Below, in pieces: positions 1-9,079 of a stretch of 64,000 nt of DNA (positions within the stretch are counted from its first letter, which is position 1; each line of letters starts with the position of its first letter). Under the pieces are notes generated by a model. That model ran no database searches. It worked only from the letters and a program-made list of their open reading frames with translations, and was not told where the DNA came from. Made by a program: the position numbers and the translations under genes. The stretch lies in sequence record LC519489.1. One strand, given 5' to 3'. Source of the stretch: Escherichia phage SP22.

Positions 1-2367
1 ATGCGCATGGTAAATGACCACGCAGAAGTGATTAAGAGTTCAACTTCTTTAGAGACGTCTCAAGCACAGATTACAATGACACCTGAGATGTTCAGCCTTT
101 TGAGTTCTGGTGTGTATACCTTTAAAGAAAGGGCAGTGATTCGTGAACTGTCATGTAACGCAGTAGATGCTCAGAAAGAAGCTGGAAAAGAGAACATTCC
201 GTTCCATGTGCATTTACCTACTCGTTTTGAGCCTTACTTTGAAGTTCGTGATTTTGGAACTGGATTGACTCATGATAAAGTTATGAGTTTGTACCTAAAC
301 TACGGGGCTTCTACGAAGAATGACTCTAATGACTACATTGGTGCAATGGGTATCGGCTCAAAATCCCCATTTGCAATTGCTCAGTCATTCACAGTATCTA
401 GCTATGTTGATGGTGTTGTTAATAAGTACTCTGTTTATCTTGAGAATGGTATCCCTCAAGTAACTAAGCTGACCACTAACCCAACAAAAGAACCTAATGG
501 TTTAGCTGTACGTGTGGCAGTTGCTGACCACCGTATCTCAAAGTTCTTTGAAGAAGCTGGAAATGTGTACTCATACTTCACTGTAAAACCAGAAAGTAAT
601 ATTGAGTACGACGATGTATTAGCAGATATGAACGTCATTGCCCGTGAAGAAGGTGTTTATGATGCCATGATTCATAAGCAAAGCTGGCGTTCTAGTGGTA
701 ACAGGACAGAGTTTAATGTGGTGATGGGTAATATTGCCTATCCAGTGAACATGGAAGCATTACTTGGTGATGATTTCTTCAAAGTCTTGCCAGAGTTTTT
801 CCGTAGGAGCGTAGACCTTGTAAACATCTACATGCCTATTGGTTCAGTTGCTATAGCAGCTTCTCGTGAAGCATTGCAGATGAATGATACGACAAAAAAT
901 GTTATCATCGAGGCTACCAAAAAGATAACTGAAGCAATTACAAAGGATGTTATCAAGAAAGTTAATAGCCAACCTACACTCATGGATGCTGCACAGGCTT
1001 ATGCAGAGCTACGTTTGAACTCACGAGAGATGTTTAATGCTGTGTGTCCAAAGCTAGAGTGGGGAGGCATTAAGCTTGATTCTCTGGAAGAAGAATTGTT
1101 AAACATTCGTCGTGGAATTATCTACGCAGAAGACGGCTCAGTCATTTATGAACGTGACGGTAAAGGCAATATTAAGGTTGATAGGAACGGGAACAATATC
1201 CCTAAAGTAGATTATCTTTATGACCCAGTTGCTTATGTCAAGTTCAACTCTTTAGAGAGTAAGATTCGTGCAACAGCACTTTCCTACACTCAAGAGGCAA
1301 GCATGTTCAATATCTTTGGTGCAATGCGTAAAAGCCAAATTGAACAGTTTTTGTTCGTGATTAATGACCGTCGCAATAAAAACGGTACTGAGAAGACTGT
1401 AGGACGCAATCAAATTTTGCGTGGTGCATGTCGAGACTACGCCAGTGAGTCAAATCTGTTTCACAGATACAATGGTATTGTCTTTGTATTCTCGACTGAA
1501 AAAGAGTTAGATGATTTAATCAATCTACACAAACTTGATAAAAGCTTGTTAAAGATTGTGAAGATGTCTGATAAGGAACACCACTATCAGCGTAAAGAAG
1601 CTGTAAGGGGTGTTGTAAAACTCTGGAAAGCTGTTCCAGCAGAAACTAAAGCTTCATACAAAGAGGTGTCAGAAGACTTAGACACAATTGAAGAGCCTCA
1701 GCTTTATATTAAGGCAGTAGGTGACACAGTTGATGGTAGATGTTTTTGCTCATCTCCAGAGGATGTAGCTAAGTCAGTTGCTAATGTTACAGGCAAGACA
1801 GTCTATGTTTTCCGAAAAGCAAATTGGAAAAAGATACCAGAAGACTGGATTGAAGTAGATGAGAAGCTCTTGAACGACAGCTTAACTGATGTTCATTGGA
1901 TTAACCATAACAGGTATATGACACGCATCTACATGGATGGTGTCCTCGACCTTACAAGCAGTTGGATTATTGCCAGAAACTTTACGTTCAATAACAGGAA
2001 GATTTCTCGCGGGTATTGTTATTCAAGGGATACTATTAAGACAATCTTCTTAGAAGGGAATGAAGATGCTGTTGAGGCAATGTTCGGTAAGATTCAGTAT
2101 GTGGCTGCACCGTTTGCATACACTTACACTATCAGTGTTCTTCAGGATTTGAAGTCATGCCTTGATAATGACACAAAACTGTACAAAAAGATTAAAAAAG
2201 CAGGTGACCGCATGGTTATCAAGCTGACAAACTATCTTTCAAAAAGAAAACAAGAAAACTTCTTGCTTTCACACTTAGATTGGAATAAAGTATCACCTAT
2301 CGAAGTGAGTAAGTTTTTAGGCTTTAATGTGAAATGTGTTCCAGAAGGTACAACAATTTACGATTAA
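1..2367 (+). CDS. rIIA: rIIA-like protein (GHKL/HATPase_c-type ATPase fold at N-terminus); ORF begins at window edge so 5' end may be truncated
   Basis: GHKL motifs read directly: N-box ELSCNAVDA, G1 box DFGTGL, G2 box GAMGIGSKS; 788 aa; followed by second large early gene as in rIIA-rIIB pairs. Confidence 0.55.
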   Translation: MRMVNDHAEVIKSSTSLETSQAQITMTPEMFSLLSSGVYTFKERAVIRELSCNAVDAQKEAGKENIPFHVHLPTRFEPYFEVRDFGTGLTHDKVMSLYLNYGASTKNDSNDYIGAMGIGSKSPFAIAQSFTVSSYVDGVVNKYSVYLENGIPQVTKLTTNPTKEPNGLAVRVAVADHRISKFFEEAGNVYSYFTVKPESNIEYDDVLADMNVIAREEGVYDAMIHKQSWRSSGNRTEFNVVMGNIAYPVNMEALLGDDFFKVLPEFFRRSVDLVNIYMPIGSVAIAASREALQMNDTTKNVIIEATKKITEAITKDVIKKVNSQPTLMDAAQAYAELRLNSREMFNAVCPKLEWGGIKLDSLEEELLNIRRGIIYAEDGSVIYERDGKGNIKVDRNGNNIPKVDYLYDPVAYVKFNSLESKIRATALSYTQEASMFNIFGAMRKSQIEQFLFVINDRRNKNGTEKTVGRNQILRGACRDYASESNLFHRYNGIVFVFSTEKELDDLINLHKLDKSLLKIVKMSDKEHHYQRKEAVRGVVKLWKAVPAETKASYKEVSEDLDTIEEPQLYIKAVGDTVDGRCFCSSPEDVAKSVANVTGKTVYVFRKANWKKIPEDWIEVDEKLLNDSLTDVHWINHNRYMTRIYMDGVLDLTSSWIIARNFTFNNRKISRGYCYSRDTIKTIFLEGNEDAVEAMFGKIQYVAAPFAYTYTISVLQDLKSCLDNDTKLYKKIKKAGDRMVIKLTNYLSKRKQENFLLSHLDWNKVSPIEVSKFLGFNVKCVPEGTTIYD

Positions 2368-2372
2368 AGTGT

Positions 2373-2400
2373 TTGACAAGGGGCTTTGAAGCCCCTTAGA
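2373..2400 (+). terminator. hairpin aaggggctttgaagcccctt after rIIA, no clear U-run; overlaps a TTGACA hexamer
   Basis: inverted repeat GGGGCT/AGCCCC seen in sequence. Confidence 0.3.
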
Positions 2401-2446
2401 ATAGCCTCACAAATTGATTGATTAACTAACAAGAGAGAGTAATAAG

Positions 2447-3556
2447 ATGACTACTAAAACTAAAGCACAGATTGACGCAGAAATTTACAAACTGGTTAAA
2501 GAAGGTAAGCTGACTAAAACAGCTATTGCACAGAAGTTCAATACTTCAACCCGTTCAGTTGGTCGTGCTGTAGAGCGTCATGAAGCAACCTTAAAAGGCA
2601 AGAAGAAGGCAACTTCTACACCAGCTACGAAGACTTTGAAACAAGTTGCTAAGACTTTTAAAAAGAAAGCTGGCAAACCAGTTGAAAAGGTCGTTAAAGA
2701 GACTGTACAGAAAGCTCCAGTAAATAAACTGCACGAAGCTATGCAGAAAGATGACAAAATTGAGTACATGATTACTGGTGACTCTGTAATTATGACTTAT
2801 GGTTCAGAATCTGAAATTGTTGAGTCTACTCATCCAAACTATCAAGAGATTGTAGTTCATGTTGTGAAAGGTGAGTTCAAGAAAGCATTTGAACTGATGA
2901 ACATCCGTAAGTCTATCGAAAACTTCACTCAGGGTGCTATTACAATCAAAGGTGACAAGCTATTCTACGGTGCTGTTGAGATGCGTTCTACTCTGGTTGA
3001 CCGTATTCTCCACATGATGAAGACTGGTGATAAAGGTTTTGAACGACTTGTAATGTTCTTCGAAAAACTGATGGAAAACCCATCTAAAGATTCTGTAGAA
3101 CAACTTTGGGGATTTGTATCTCACCTTGATGTTGAAATTGATGAAGAAGGCTACATCATTGGTTGGAAGAAAGTCTCTACTCGTGAAGGCAAGCTGGTTG
3201 ACTCTCACACCTACAAAGTGCCTAATGATTTGGGTAACATTGTAGAAATGCCACGTTGGATGGTTGATAATAACCGTAACGTAACTTGCTCTCAAGGTCT
3301 TCATGTTGGTGCTTGGGATTATGTTCGTTGCTTCTCAGGTGATACAATCCTGAAGGTTCGCGTACATCCACGAGATGTTGTATCTGTTCCAACTGATTAC
3401 AACGATATGAAGATGCGTTCCTCTCGTTATGAAGTTGCAGCAATCGTTGATAATCAACGTAAAGTGCTGGAAGCATGGGACGGTAAGACTGAAGCTTTGC
3501 ATGTCATCGTTGGCACTGCTGGTGAACTCATCTCTCAACGTAAACGTGAAATCTAA
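2447..3556 (+). CDS. putative rIIB-like protein (positional assignment only)
   Basis: 369-aa ORF with SD-like agagagag upstream, immediately downstream of rIIA-like gene; no motif recognised. Confidence 0.3.
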   Translation: MTTKTKAQIDAEIYKLVKEGKLTKTAIAQKFNTSTRSVGRAVERHEATLKGKKKATSTPATKTLKQVAKTFKKKAGKPVEKVVKETVQKAPVNKLHEAMQKDDKIEYMITGDSVIMTYGSESEIVESTHPNYQEIVVHVVKGEFKKAFELMNIRKSIENFTQGAITIKGDKLFYGAVEMRSTLVDRILHMMKTGDKGFERLVMFFEKLMENPSKDSVEQLWGFVSHLDVEIDEEGYIIGWKKVSTREGKLVDSHTYKVPNDLGNIVEMPRWMVDNNRNVTCSQGLHVGAWDYVRCFSGDTILKVRVHPRDVVSVPTDYNDMKMRSSRYEVAAIVDNQRKVLEAWDGKTEALHVIVGTAGELISQRKREI

Positions 3557-3572
3557 TAAGTAATTTCTTAAA

Positions 3573-3600
3573 AGGCTGCTTCGGCGGCCTTTTTTATTTG
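3573..3600 (+). terminator. rho-independent terminator
   Basis: stem aggctgc/gcggcct with ttcg tetraloop followed by tttttt. Confidence 0.7.
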
Positions 3601-3656
3601 TATTTTGTGCAGAGTGCTGTATAATTGTTGTCACGATAAACTAAACAGGAGAACCA

Positions 3657-4205
3657 ATGAAGAAATTGATTCTAGGTTTGTGCTTAATGTTTACAGCACA
3701 CTTATCTTATGCAGTTGACTGCCCAGAGCTATCAATTAGCCAAAAAGTGAACATGTTAAAAGCTTACCAGTATGGTGAGAATAACATGGGTAAAGGTTGG
3801 GGTATCACTCTAGCAGCTATAGCCTTACAAGAGTCAGAGTTAGGTCTGAAGGTAGAAAATAAAAAGACCCATGACTATGGTATCTTCCAGAATCACTTGA
3901 AGACTGTTGTAAAGCGTAACAAAATTAGTCCTAATGTTGCTAAAAAGAAACTCTTAAAAGATTTTGACTATGCTGCGAAGGAAACGCACAAAGAACTTGA
4001 GTTTTGGACAAAGGTGCATGGTCAGCCAAAGTCAAAGAAGACTTTACAAAAAGTTTTAGCATCATATAATGCTGGGTATTCGTACAGAATCCCTAAAGCT
4101 AAGAAGTATTCTCAAGATGTCTATAACAACATGAAAGTTATTGCTCAATGTGAATTTGCAACAAACATTTCTAAGGTAAACCATGAAAAAATTAAAAAAG
4201 TCTGA
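3657..4205 (+). CDS. secreted protein with lytic-transglycosylase-like (SLT/lysozyme-like) motif
   Basis: N-terminal signal peptide MKKLILGLCLMFTAHLSYA; QESELG...YGIFQ resembles the SLT catalytic-Glu region; SD aggag. Confidence 0.4.
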   Translation: MKKLILGLCLMFTAHLSYAVDCPELSISQKVNMLKAYQYGENNMGKGWGITLAAIALQESELGLKVENKKTHDYGIFQNHLKTVVKRNKISPNVAKKKLLKDFDYAAKETHKELEFWTKVHGQPKSKKTLQKVLASYNAGYSYRIPKAKKYSQDVYNNMKVIAQCEFATNISKVNHEKIKKV

Positions 4206-4878
4206 TGAAGTCCTGTGCCACGCTTATGACTTACATCCTCATGAGTTAGGTCTTGATTCCTGTGTATGGACTCCAGAACAGTGCAGAGATTTTGAAGACA
4301 CTGCAAGAGAGGTTGTATGTTCACTTGAAGAGTTCCACACATCAGAACCCATTGTGAACGTTGTGGACAAAGAGACTGGACAAACTATAGGTGTAAGGCG
4401 TGATAGTTTAGTGATAGTCAATAAAGACCTTGTAGAAAAAGGTAACCTCATCTTAGCAGATATTGATGGTGTTCTTACAAATTTTAATCACGAAGATTGC
4501 TCAACGGAATTGACTGATGGGTCATTCTCACAGTACACTAATCTTCTTGATTCTGTAAGAGCAAAACCAACATATGTTTTCAACATTATTGATGCAATTG
4601 CAAATCATGCAGCAGTTGGACTCTTGACAGCAAGAGGTGAATCTCAGAGAATACCTACTGAGATGTTTTTAAGGCACAATATAGAGCATGATTACTTGCT
4701 TTTTATGCGTGGTTTTGGAACTAACTCTATAAGTGCAGAAAGTTTGAAAGTGAGGATGATTCAGTCTTGCATTCTTCCTTACTTTAATATAGTATGCTTT
4801 ATAGAAGATACAGAGAAGAATGTTCAGAAGGTAAACAGAATCCTTCCACACATTAAAACCATGTTAGTTAAACATTGA
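4183..4878 (+). CDS. putative HAD-family hydrolase (possible nucleotidase)
   Basis: HAD motif-I-like LADIDGVLT, LLTARG motif II candidate; start overlaps upstream gene. Confidence 0.3.
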   Translation: MKKLKKSDEVLCHAYDLHPHELGLDSCVWTPEQCRDFEDTAREVVCSLEEFHTSEPIVNVVDKETGQTIGVRRDSLVIVNKDLVEKGNLILADIDGVLTNFNHEDCSTELTDGSFSQYTNLLDSVRAKPTYVFNIIDAIANHAAVGLLTARGESQRIPTEMFLRHNIEHDYLLFMRGFGTNSISAESLKVRMIQSCILPYFNIVCFIEDTEKNVQKVNRILPHIKTMLVKH

Positions 4879-4889
4879 GAGAAGAACTT

Positions 4890-5354
4890 ATGAACAATAT
4901 CATTACGGTAGCACTGGACGATACGGCAAACAAATCTGAAGTAGTTCGTAAAATGATTCAAGGTAACTTTGAAGGTAAAATTTTCCGTGCTGTTAATGTA
5001 AAAGCTGATGGCAGCATTCGTGAATATCGTGCATTGTTGAACGTTAAGAAGCACGTAAAAGGTGTTGGTTCAACGACTGCACACAAAGAAAACCTGATGA
5101 CTATCTATGATATGGGTAAGGCTTCAGAGTTAGGTGCTGAAGGTATCGTTAAAGAAGGTGCTCCGTATCGCTCTTTCAATCTGGAAACTACCCTTATGCT
5201 TTCCTTTACAAGTGGTTCCAAAACAATCACTTATCTCTTTACTGATGCTGCAACGGTATCTGCTATTAAGGATAGCACTGTCAAAGCTGGCGTAGTTGCT
5301 GCTGCAAAAGCTTCTTCGATGGCTGCAAATATCCTTGCTAAAGTCCTCGGTTAA
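4890..5354 (+). CDS. hypothetical protein (start moved to ATG with SD gagagaag; track ORF began at TTG 4875)
   Basis: ORF track plus RBS inspection. Confidence 0.45.
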   Translation: MNNIITVALDDTANKSEVVRKMIQGNFEGKIFRAVNVKADGSIREYRALLNVKKHVKGVGSTTAHKENLMTIYDMGKASELGAEGIVKEGAPYRSFNLETTLMLSFTSGSKTITYLFTDAATVSAIKDSTVKAGVVAAAKASSMAANILAKVLG

Positions 5355-5367
5355 GGTTAAGATACAG

Positions 5368-5390
5368 GCTCCTTCGGGAGCCTTTTTCAT
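5368..5390 (+). terminator. rho-independent terminator
   Basis: ggctccttcgggagcc hairpin + ttttt. Confidence 0.7.
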
Positions 5391-5406
5391 TTCAGGAGAT
5401 TGTTAA

Positions 5407-5754
5407 ATGACATTTAAAGAGTTCTGTCAAGCTACTTTCATAGTTGTTTTCTTAGTTGGGGCAGGTGTCTGGGGAGGATACTCTTACAGAGACTACCAAG
5501 TTGCTGAAACTGAGCTAAACAATGAGAAGCTGATAAGTGTTGCTAAAGATGCTTATCAGGAAGGATTAGCTACACTGAGCACCAATTACAAAAATGATTT
5601 GAAAGATGTGCTTGCTAAGAATAAGCACACAAAAGAGGTACTAACGTATGAAAAAACTAAGCCAGAGTTTTATAATGTTTGTGTTACTGATAATTATGTC
5701 AGGGTGTTCAACGAACAAAGTGAACAGTACATTCAAAAACTCCCAAGTAAGTGA
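5407..5754 (+). CDS. membrane protein with single N-terminal TM helix (i-spanin-like or exclusion protein candidate)
   Basis: hydrophobic segment FIVVFLVGAGVWGG near N-terminus; SD caggag; 3' end overlapped by lipoprotein ORF in another frame. Confidence 0.4.
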   Translation: MTFKEFCQATFIVVFLVGAGVWGGYSYRDYQVAETELNNEKLISVAKDAYQEGLATLSTNYKNDLKDVLAKNKHTKEVLTYEKTKPEFYNVCVTDNYVRVFNEQSEQYIQKLPSK

Positions 5755-5917
5755 GAGTGACAAGTACACTCAAGAAGAATCACGGTATATCATCAAAGGT
5801 AACACAGGCAGTGATGTAGCAGCAGCACTTGAGTTCTACCGTGACGGCTTTTACCAGTGTACAATTAAAGCTAATAACCTTATTGACATGATTTTATTAG
5901 GGAATAAGCAGCAATGA
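5648..5917 (+). CDS. putative lipoprotein (o-spanin-like or Llp/Cor-like exclusion lipoprotein candidate)
   Basis: lipobox LLIIMSG-C after basic N-terminus; ORF overlaps 3' end of preceding TM-protein gene by about 107 nt in a different frame. Confidence 0.4.
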   Translation: MKKLSQSFIMFVLLIIMSGCSTNKVNSTFKNSQVSESDKYTQEESRYIIKGNTGSDVAAALEFYRDGFYQCTIKANNLIDMILLGNKQQ

Positions 5918-6183
5918 CAGAGAATCAAGACACTTTCTATGTAGAAGGTTACTTACTGTTGCCACGACCAAAAGAAACTTATATGCGAATTGATTTCTTA
6001 CCAACCATTATGGATAATGTGATGTGTCATATCTTTATGCAAGGTGTCACAGCACAGCTTAAGCATGTTGGTAAAGATTGCAAAATAAAGGTTGACACTC
6101 ATCCAGAAATCAAAGAGAATCACTACACATGGTTCTTACCAGATTCTAAAGAAATCTTAGCAGTTCTTAAAACGAGGAAGTAA
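5914..6183 (+). CDS. hypothetical protein
   Basis: ORF track, start overlaps upstream stop. Confidence 0.4.
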   Translation: MTENQDTFYVEGYLLLPRPKETYMRIDFLPTIMDNVMCHIFMQGVTAQLKHVGKDCKIKVDTHPEIKENHYTWFLPDSKEILAVLKTRK

Positions 6184-6185
6184 CT

Positions 6186-6509
6186 ATGCAGATTAATGGA
6201 AGAGACTTTGTAGCCGTTTACTACGAGAAAGATAAAGAAGTTGGCGTAGCGCAAGTATCTTATGGCAATGGTGGGTGGCTATATGGAACAATCGCAGTAG
6301 TTGGAACGAGAAGTGATACAAAAACTTTTAAAGATTGTGTTGACCTTCTTGAAGAATCCATTCAGAATCATTGGTGTCTGATATGGATGACTGACAACGA
6401 AGTGATAGAACGCTTCAAAAAGGTTGATATCAACATTGATAGTATTGAGCATGTTGATTTATATGAGCTAACTGAGAAGGTAAATTATGAAAGCTCTAGA
6501 GGTAATTGA
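6186..6509 (+). CDS. hypothetical protein
   Basis: ORF with SD gaggaag. Confidence 0.45.
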   Translation: MQINGRDFVAVYYEKDKEVGVAQVSYGNGGWLYGTIAVVGTRSDTKTFKDCVDLLEESIQNHWCLIWMTDNEVIERFKKVDINIDSIEHVDLYELTEKVNYESSRGN

Positions 6510-6714
6510 TAAAGATACTGGAGAAGTCGTATCTGCATGTGTTTTCATGAGCGATGACACAGTAATACCGTTTTACAATCTTGATGGTTTTAGTTTTACA
6601 GGGATAACTCCAGAAGAATATTTTGAAGACCTTACCTTTGCCAGAATTTCTATAGATACATTCTATAAATGCTTCTATGATGAAGGTAAAGAATTACGAG
6701 AAACTGAACTATAA
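6487..6714 (+). CDS. hypothetical acidic small protein
   Basis: ORF track. Confidence 0.4.
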   Translation: MKALEVIDKDTGEVVSACVFMSDDTVIPFYNLDGFSFTGITPEEYFEDLTFARISIDTFYKCFYDEGKELRETEL

Positions 6715-6726
6715 GGTGTATGTTAT

Positions 6727-6927
6727 ATGGCTGACTTCTGCAAAGACTGTTCTATAGAAATGTTTGGACGTGATACAGGTGACTTAAAAGGTCTTATCAC
6801 TGAAGATGACTTTAAAGCTGGCTATGCAATGCCAGTAATCTGTGAAGGTTGTGGATGTATCTGGGTAGACCATGAGGGGCAACGTGTAAAACCTTCAGAA
6901 GATAAAGAATCTTGGGAGAGATGTTAA
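6727..6927 (+). CDS. small Cys-rich (zinc-ribbon-like) protein
   Basis: CxxC...CxGCGC motifs. Confidence 0.4.
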   Translation: MADFCKDCSIEMFGRDTGDLKGLITEDDFKAGYAMPVICEGCGCIWVDHEGQRVKPSEDKESWERC

Positions 6928-7713
6928 ATGGGTATTGTAAAAATAATCAATGGTGATATCTTTGCCGCATTTGATAAAGGTAAGTTTGACATCATCGGTC
7001 ACGGTTGCAACTGTATGAATTTAATGGGTGCAGGTATCGCTGACAAGATTTCTAAACTTTACCCAAAAGCATATGAGACCGATACAGAAGTTTATCTATA
7101 TGCAGGTGGTATAGGACACAAACCCTGTGAAAATTTACTGGGTAATTTCTCTGTAGCACGTTTAAAACAAGGTCGTATAGCTAACCTTTACACTCAGCTT
7201 AAGACTGGTAAAGATGCCCGATACAGTGCTTTAGAGTCATCTTTGAAACAGCTTAACAGATACTGTGAAGTTAATCAGTTGAGGAAAGTTGGTTTACCTA
7301 TGATTGGTGCAGGTATCGGTGGGTTGGACCCTCAAGCCGTCACAGTTATCATCAATCAGGTGATGAAGAGTGTAGATGTTTATCTATATGTCTATGAAGG
7401 AGAGATGTACCACAAGTTACGCTCAGGTTGGAATAACTACTGTGAACCAGAATACTTTGCAGGTGTAGTAACGTTCAAAGATGATACAGTTACCCTCTTC
7501 AGACGAAGAAAAGGTAAGATACATCAAAGTAACCCTCCGGTTGAGAAGATGTCTCTAAGTAACGCTCTAGTTACCCACCTGTCGAAGAGCAATCACAGGA
7601 TAGCCGTAACATTTGGCAGTGATGCAGATACATATATTTATGCAAGAACTGATGAGGATATCGAGACGGTCTTCTCTTCACCGGAAGTTACCTTCTTAGA
7701 CGCAAAGAACTAA
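6928..7713 (+). CDS. macro-domain-like protein (ADP-ribose binding/processing fold)
   Basis: INGDIF...DIIGHGCNCMNLMGAGIA and LPMIGAGIGGL resemble macro-domain Gly-rich motifs; 261 aa. Confidence 0.45.
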   Translation: MGIVKIINGDIFAAFDKGKFDIIGHGCNCMNLMGAGIADKISKLYPKAYETDTEVYLYAGGIGHKPCENLLGNFSVARLKQGRIANLYTQLKTGKDARYSALESSLKQLNRYCEVNQLRKVGLPMIGAGIGGLDPQAVTVIINQVMKSVDVYLYVYEGEMYHKLRSGWNNYCEPEYFAGVVTFKDDTVTLFRRRKGKIHQSNPPVEKMSLSNALVTHLSKSNHRIAVTFGSDADTYIYARTDEDIETVFSSPEVTFLDAKN

Positions 7714-7745
7714 GAAACTCTGTATAATATTCACAATAGACTAAG

Positions 7746-7790
7746 CCTTCCTTATCTGGTAAATTTTTCAGGTAAGGAGGGCTTTTTCAT
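7746..7790 (+). terminator. imperfect hairpin + U-run after macro-domain gene
   Basis: ccttcctta...taaggagg inverted repeat followed by gcttttt. Confidence 0.4.
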
Positions 7791-7964
7791 TTCAGGATTG
7801 TGCAGGTAGAGTTCTGTAGAGAAATCTGTAGAGAGAATTTTGAACTCCAAAGAGAAAATTCATTTTCAAACTGTGCAGGTAATCTCCAAAGAGCTTTTTC
7901 ATTTTCAAAAAGTGCACCCCGCCCAGGTCGGGCAAGAAAAATCATTTTAGAATTGTGCAGGTAG
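7783..7964 (+). repeat. four imperfect direct repeats, consensus TTTCATTTTCA-N5-TGTGCAGGTA (copies near 7783, 7856, 7895, 7937), followed by a C-rich tract 7985-8020
   Basis: read directly; the same CTTTTTCATTTCAGGA motif also sits upstream of the gene at 5407. Confidence 0.6.
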
Positions 7965-8139
7965 GTTTTTATGGAGAGCCATACCAACCCCTCTCCCCCT
8001 ATTACCCCCTCTCTCCCCAAAAGTCAAGAGAAAAATTTGTAGCGGATTGAAAAATAATTCTTGATTTGTGTTCTGTTTTGTGGTAGTCGTGTGCGCACGT
8101 TTCATTACAGTTTTTCCAAAAATATTTTTAAAATTTTTC

Positions 8140-8231
8140 TTGACTCTTTGAACGGGGTTATCTAGTATTTGCATCAACGGGGAGGGAATGACCTTCCCCA
8201 CTAAATAAAGTCCTAAACTGGAGATTCAAAA
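8140..8231 (+). promoter_or_regulatory. cassette type A copy 1: promoter (-35 ttgact 8140-8145, -10 tagtat 8163-8168) + stem-loop ggggagggaatgaccttcccc (8179-8199) + conserved leader ...cctaaactggagattcaaaa-ATG
   Basis: 17-bp spacing; hairpin and leader repeated 7 times in window. Confidence 0.65.
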
Positions 8232-8612
8232 ATGGCATACCGTGCACCTAAATTCATCAACAAAGACAACTTTCGCAACGCACTGGAGAAGTCACTTGAT
8301 GAGAATTTTAAAGGTAACGTTATTGTTGTTCACTCGTTCAATTTCAAGTATGATATTAACGGGAATAAAATCAACCATTACACGGCGACAATGCTAGATG
8401 GTACTCTTTCAAGTGAAAAAGCCATTTTACATGCACTTGCTGGACGTGGTAAAAACCTGATAAGATGCGATAAGAGACGTTATCAGGGTGGCGCATATGG
8501 TTACGATGATGCTGTTTATCATCTTGAAAATATGGGCTATCAAGTAGAAAAAGCTGGAGTGTCTCAAATAATCGGTAGTGATGGTTATGTAACAATCTTC
8601 AAAATTAACTGA
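8232..8612 (+). CDS. hypothetical protein (hyperplastic early region)
   Basis: ORF directly after conserved leader with GGAG SD. Confidence 0.55.
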   Translation: MAYRAPKFINKDNFRNALEKSLDENFKGNVIVVHSFNFKYDINGNKINHYTATMLDGTLSSEKAILHALAGRGKNLIRCDKRRYQGGAYGYDDAVYHLENMGYQVEKAGVSQIIGSDGYVTIFKIN

Positions 8613-8700
8613 TAAAGTACTTTACAAGGGGCTTATAGTTCGATAAAGTAAGCCCCAGATAAAGAGCTTTACCACTAAATCCTAAATTGGAGATTCAAAA
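8613..8700 (+). promoter_or_regulatory. cassette type B copy 1: hairpin ggggcttatagttcgataaagtaagcccc (8628-8656) + agataaagagctttaccactaaatcctaaattggagattcaaaa-ATG leader
   Basis: repeated 5 times with variable loop but conserved stem and leader. Confidence 0.6.
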
Positions 8701-8991
8701 ATGGCTACTATCAAAAACGTTGTAATTCCTGTAAAAACTCGTGATGACGCTCGCATCATGGCGAAAAAGTTAGGCGGGAAAGTGGTTGACAACGGAAAAC
8801 AATCTGCTGTAAGATGGGGTGTGAAGGCTGATAAACAGTTGAAGTTAAAAAATTCACCAAGAAATCTTTTTACATGTGTAAACACTATCGGAAAGACAAA
8901 TGTATACACGAAAAAGGCATATATTAGACGCGTAGCCTTAACATCTCCAATTCGTACAATGAGAGGTTATGCAAAGCTGAAAATTAGCTGA
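8701..8991 (+). CDS. hypothetical basic small protein
   Basis: ORF after type B cassette. Confidence 0.5.
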   Translation: MATIKNVVIPVKTRDDARIMAKKLGGKVVDNGKQSAVRWGVKADKQLKLKNSPRNLFTCVNTIGKTNVYTKKAYIRRVALTSPIRTMRGYAKLKIS

Positions 8992-9079
8992 TAAAGTACT
9001 TTACAAGGGGCTTAAAAGTTGGTATCTTAAGCCCCAGATAAAGAGCTTTACCACTCAATCCTAAACTGGAGATTCAAAA
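8992..9079 (+). promoter_or_regulatory. cassette type B copy 2 (hairpin 9007-9035)
   Basis: ggggcttaaaagttggtatcttaagcccc + conserved leader. Confidence 0.6.

Noticed and set aside
7787-8201. Track ORFs 7787-8020(-) and 7947-8201(+)
   Set aside because: Lie in the repeat and C-rich non-coding interval; translations are low-complexity and overlap the promoter and stem-loop of cassette A1.
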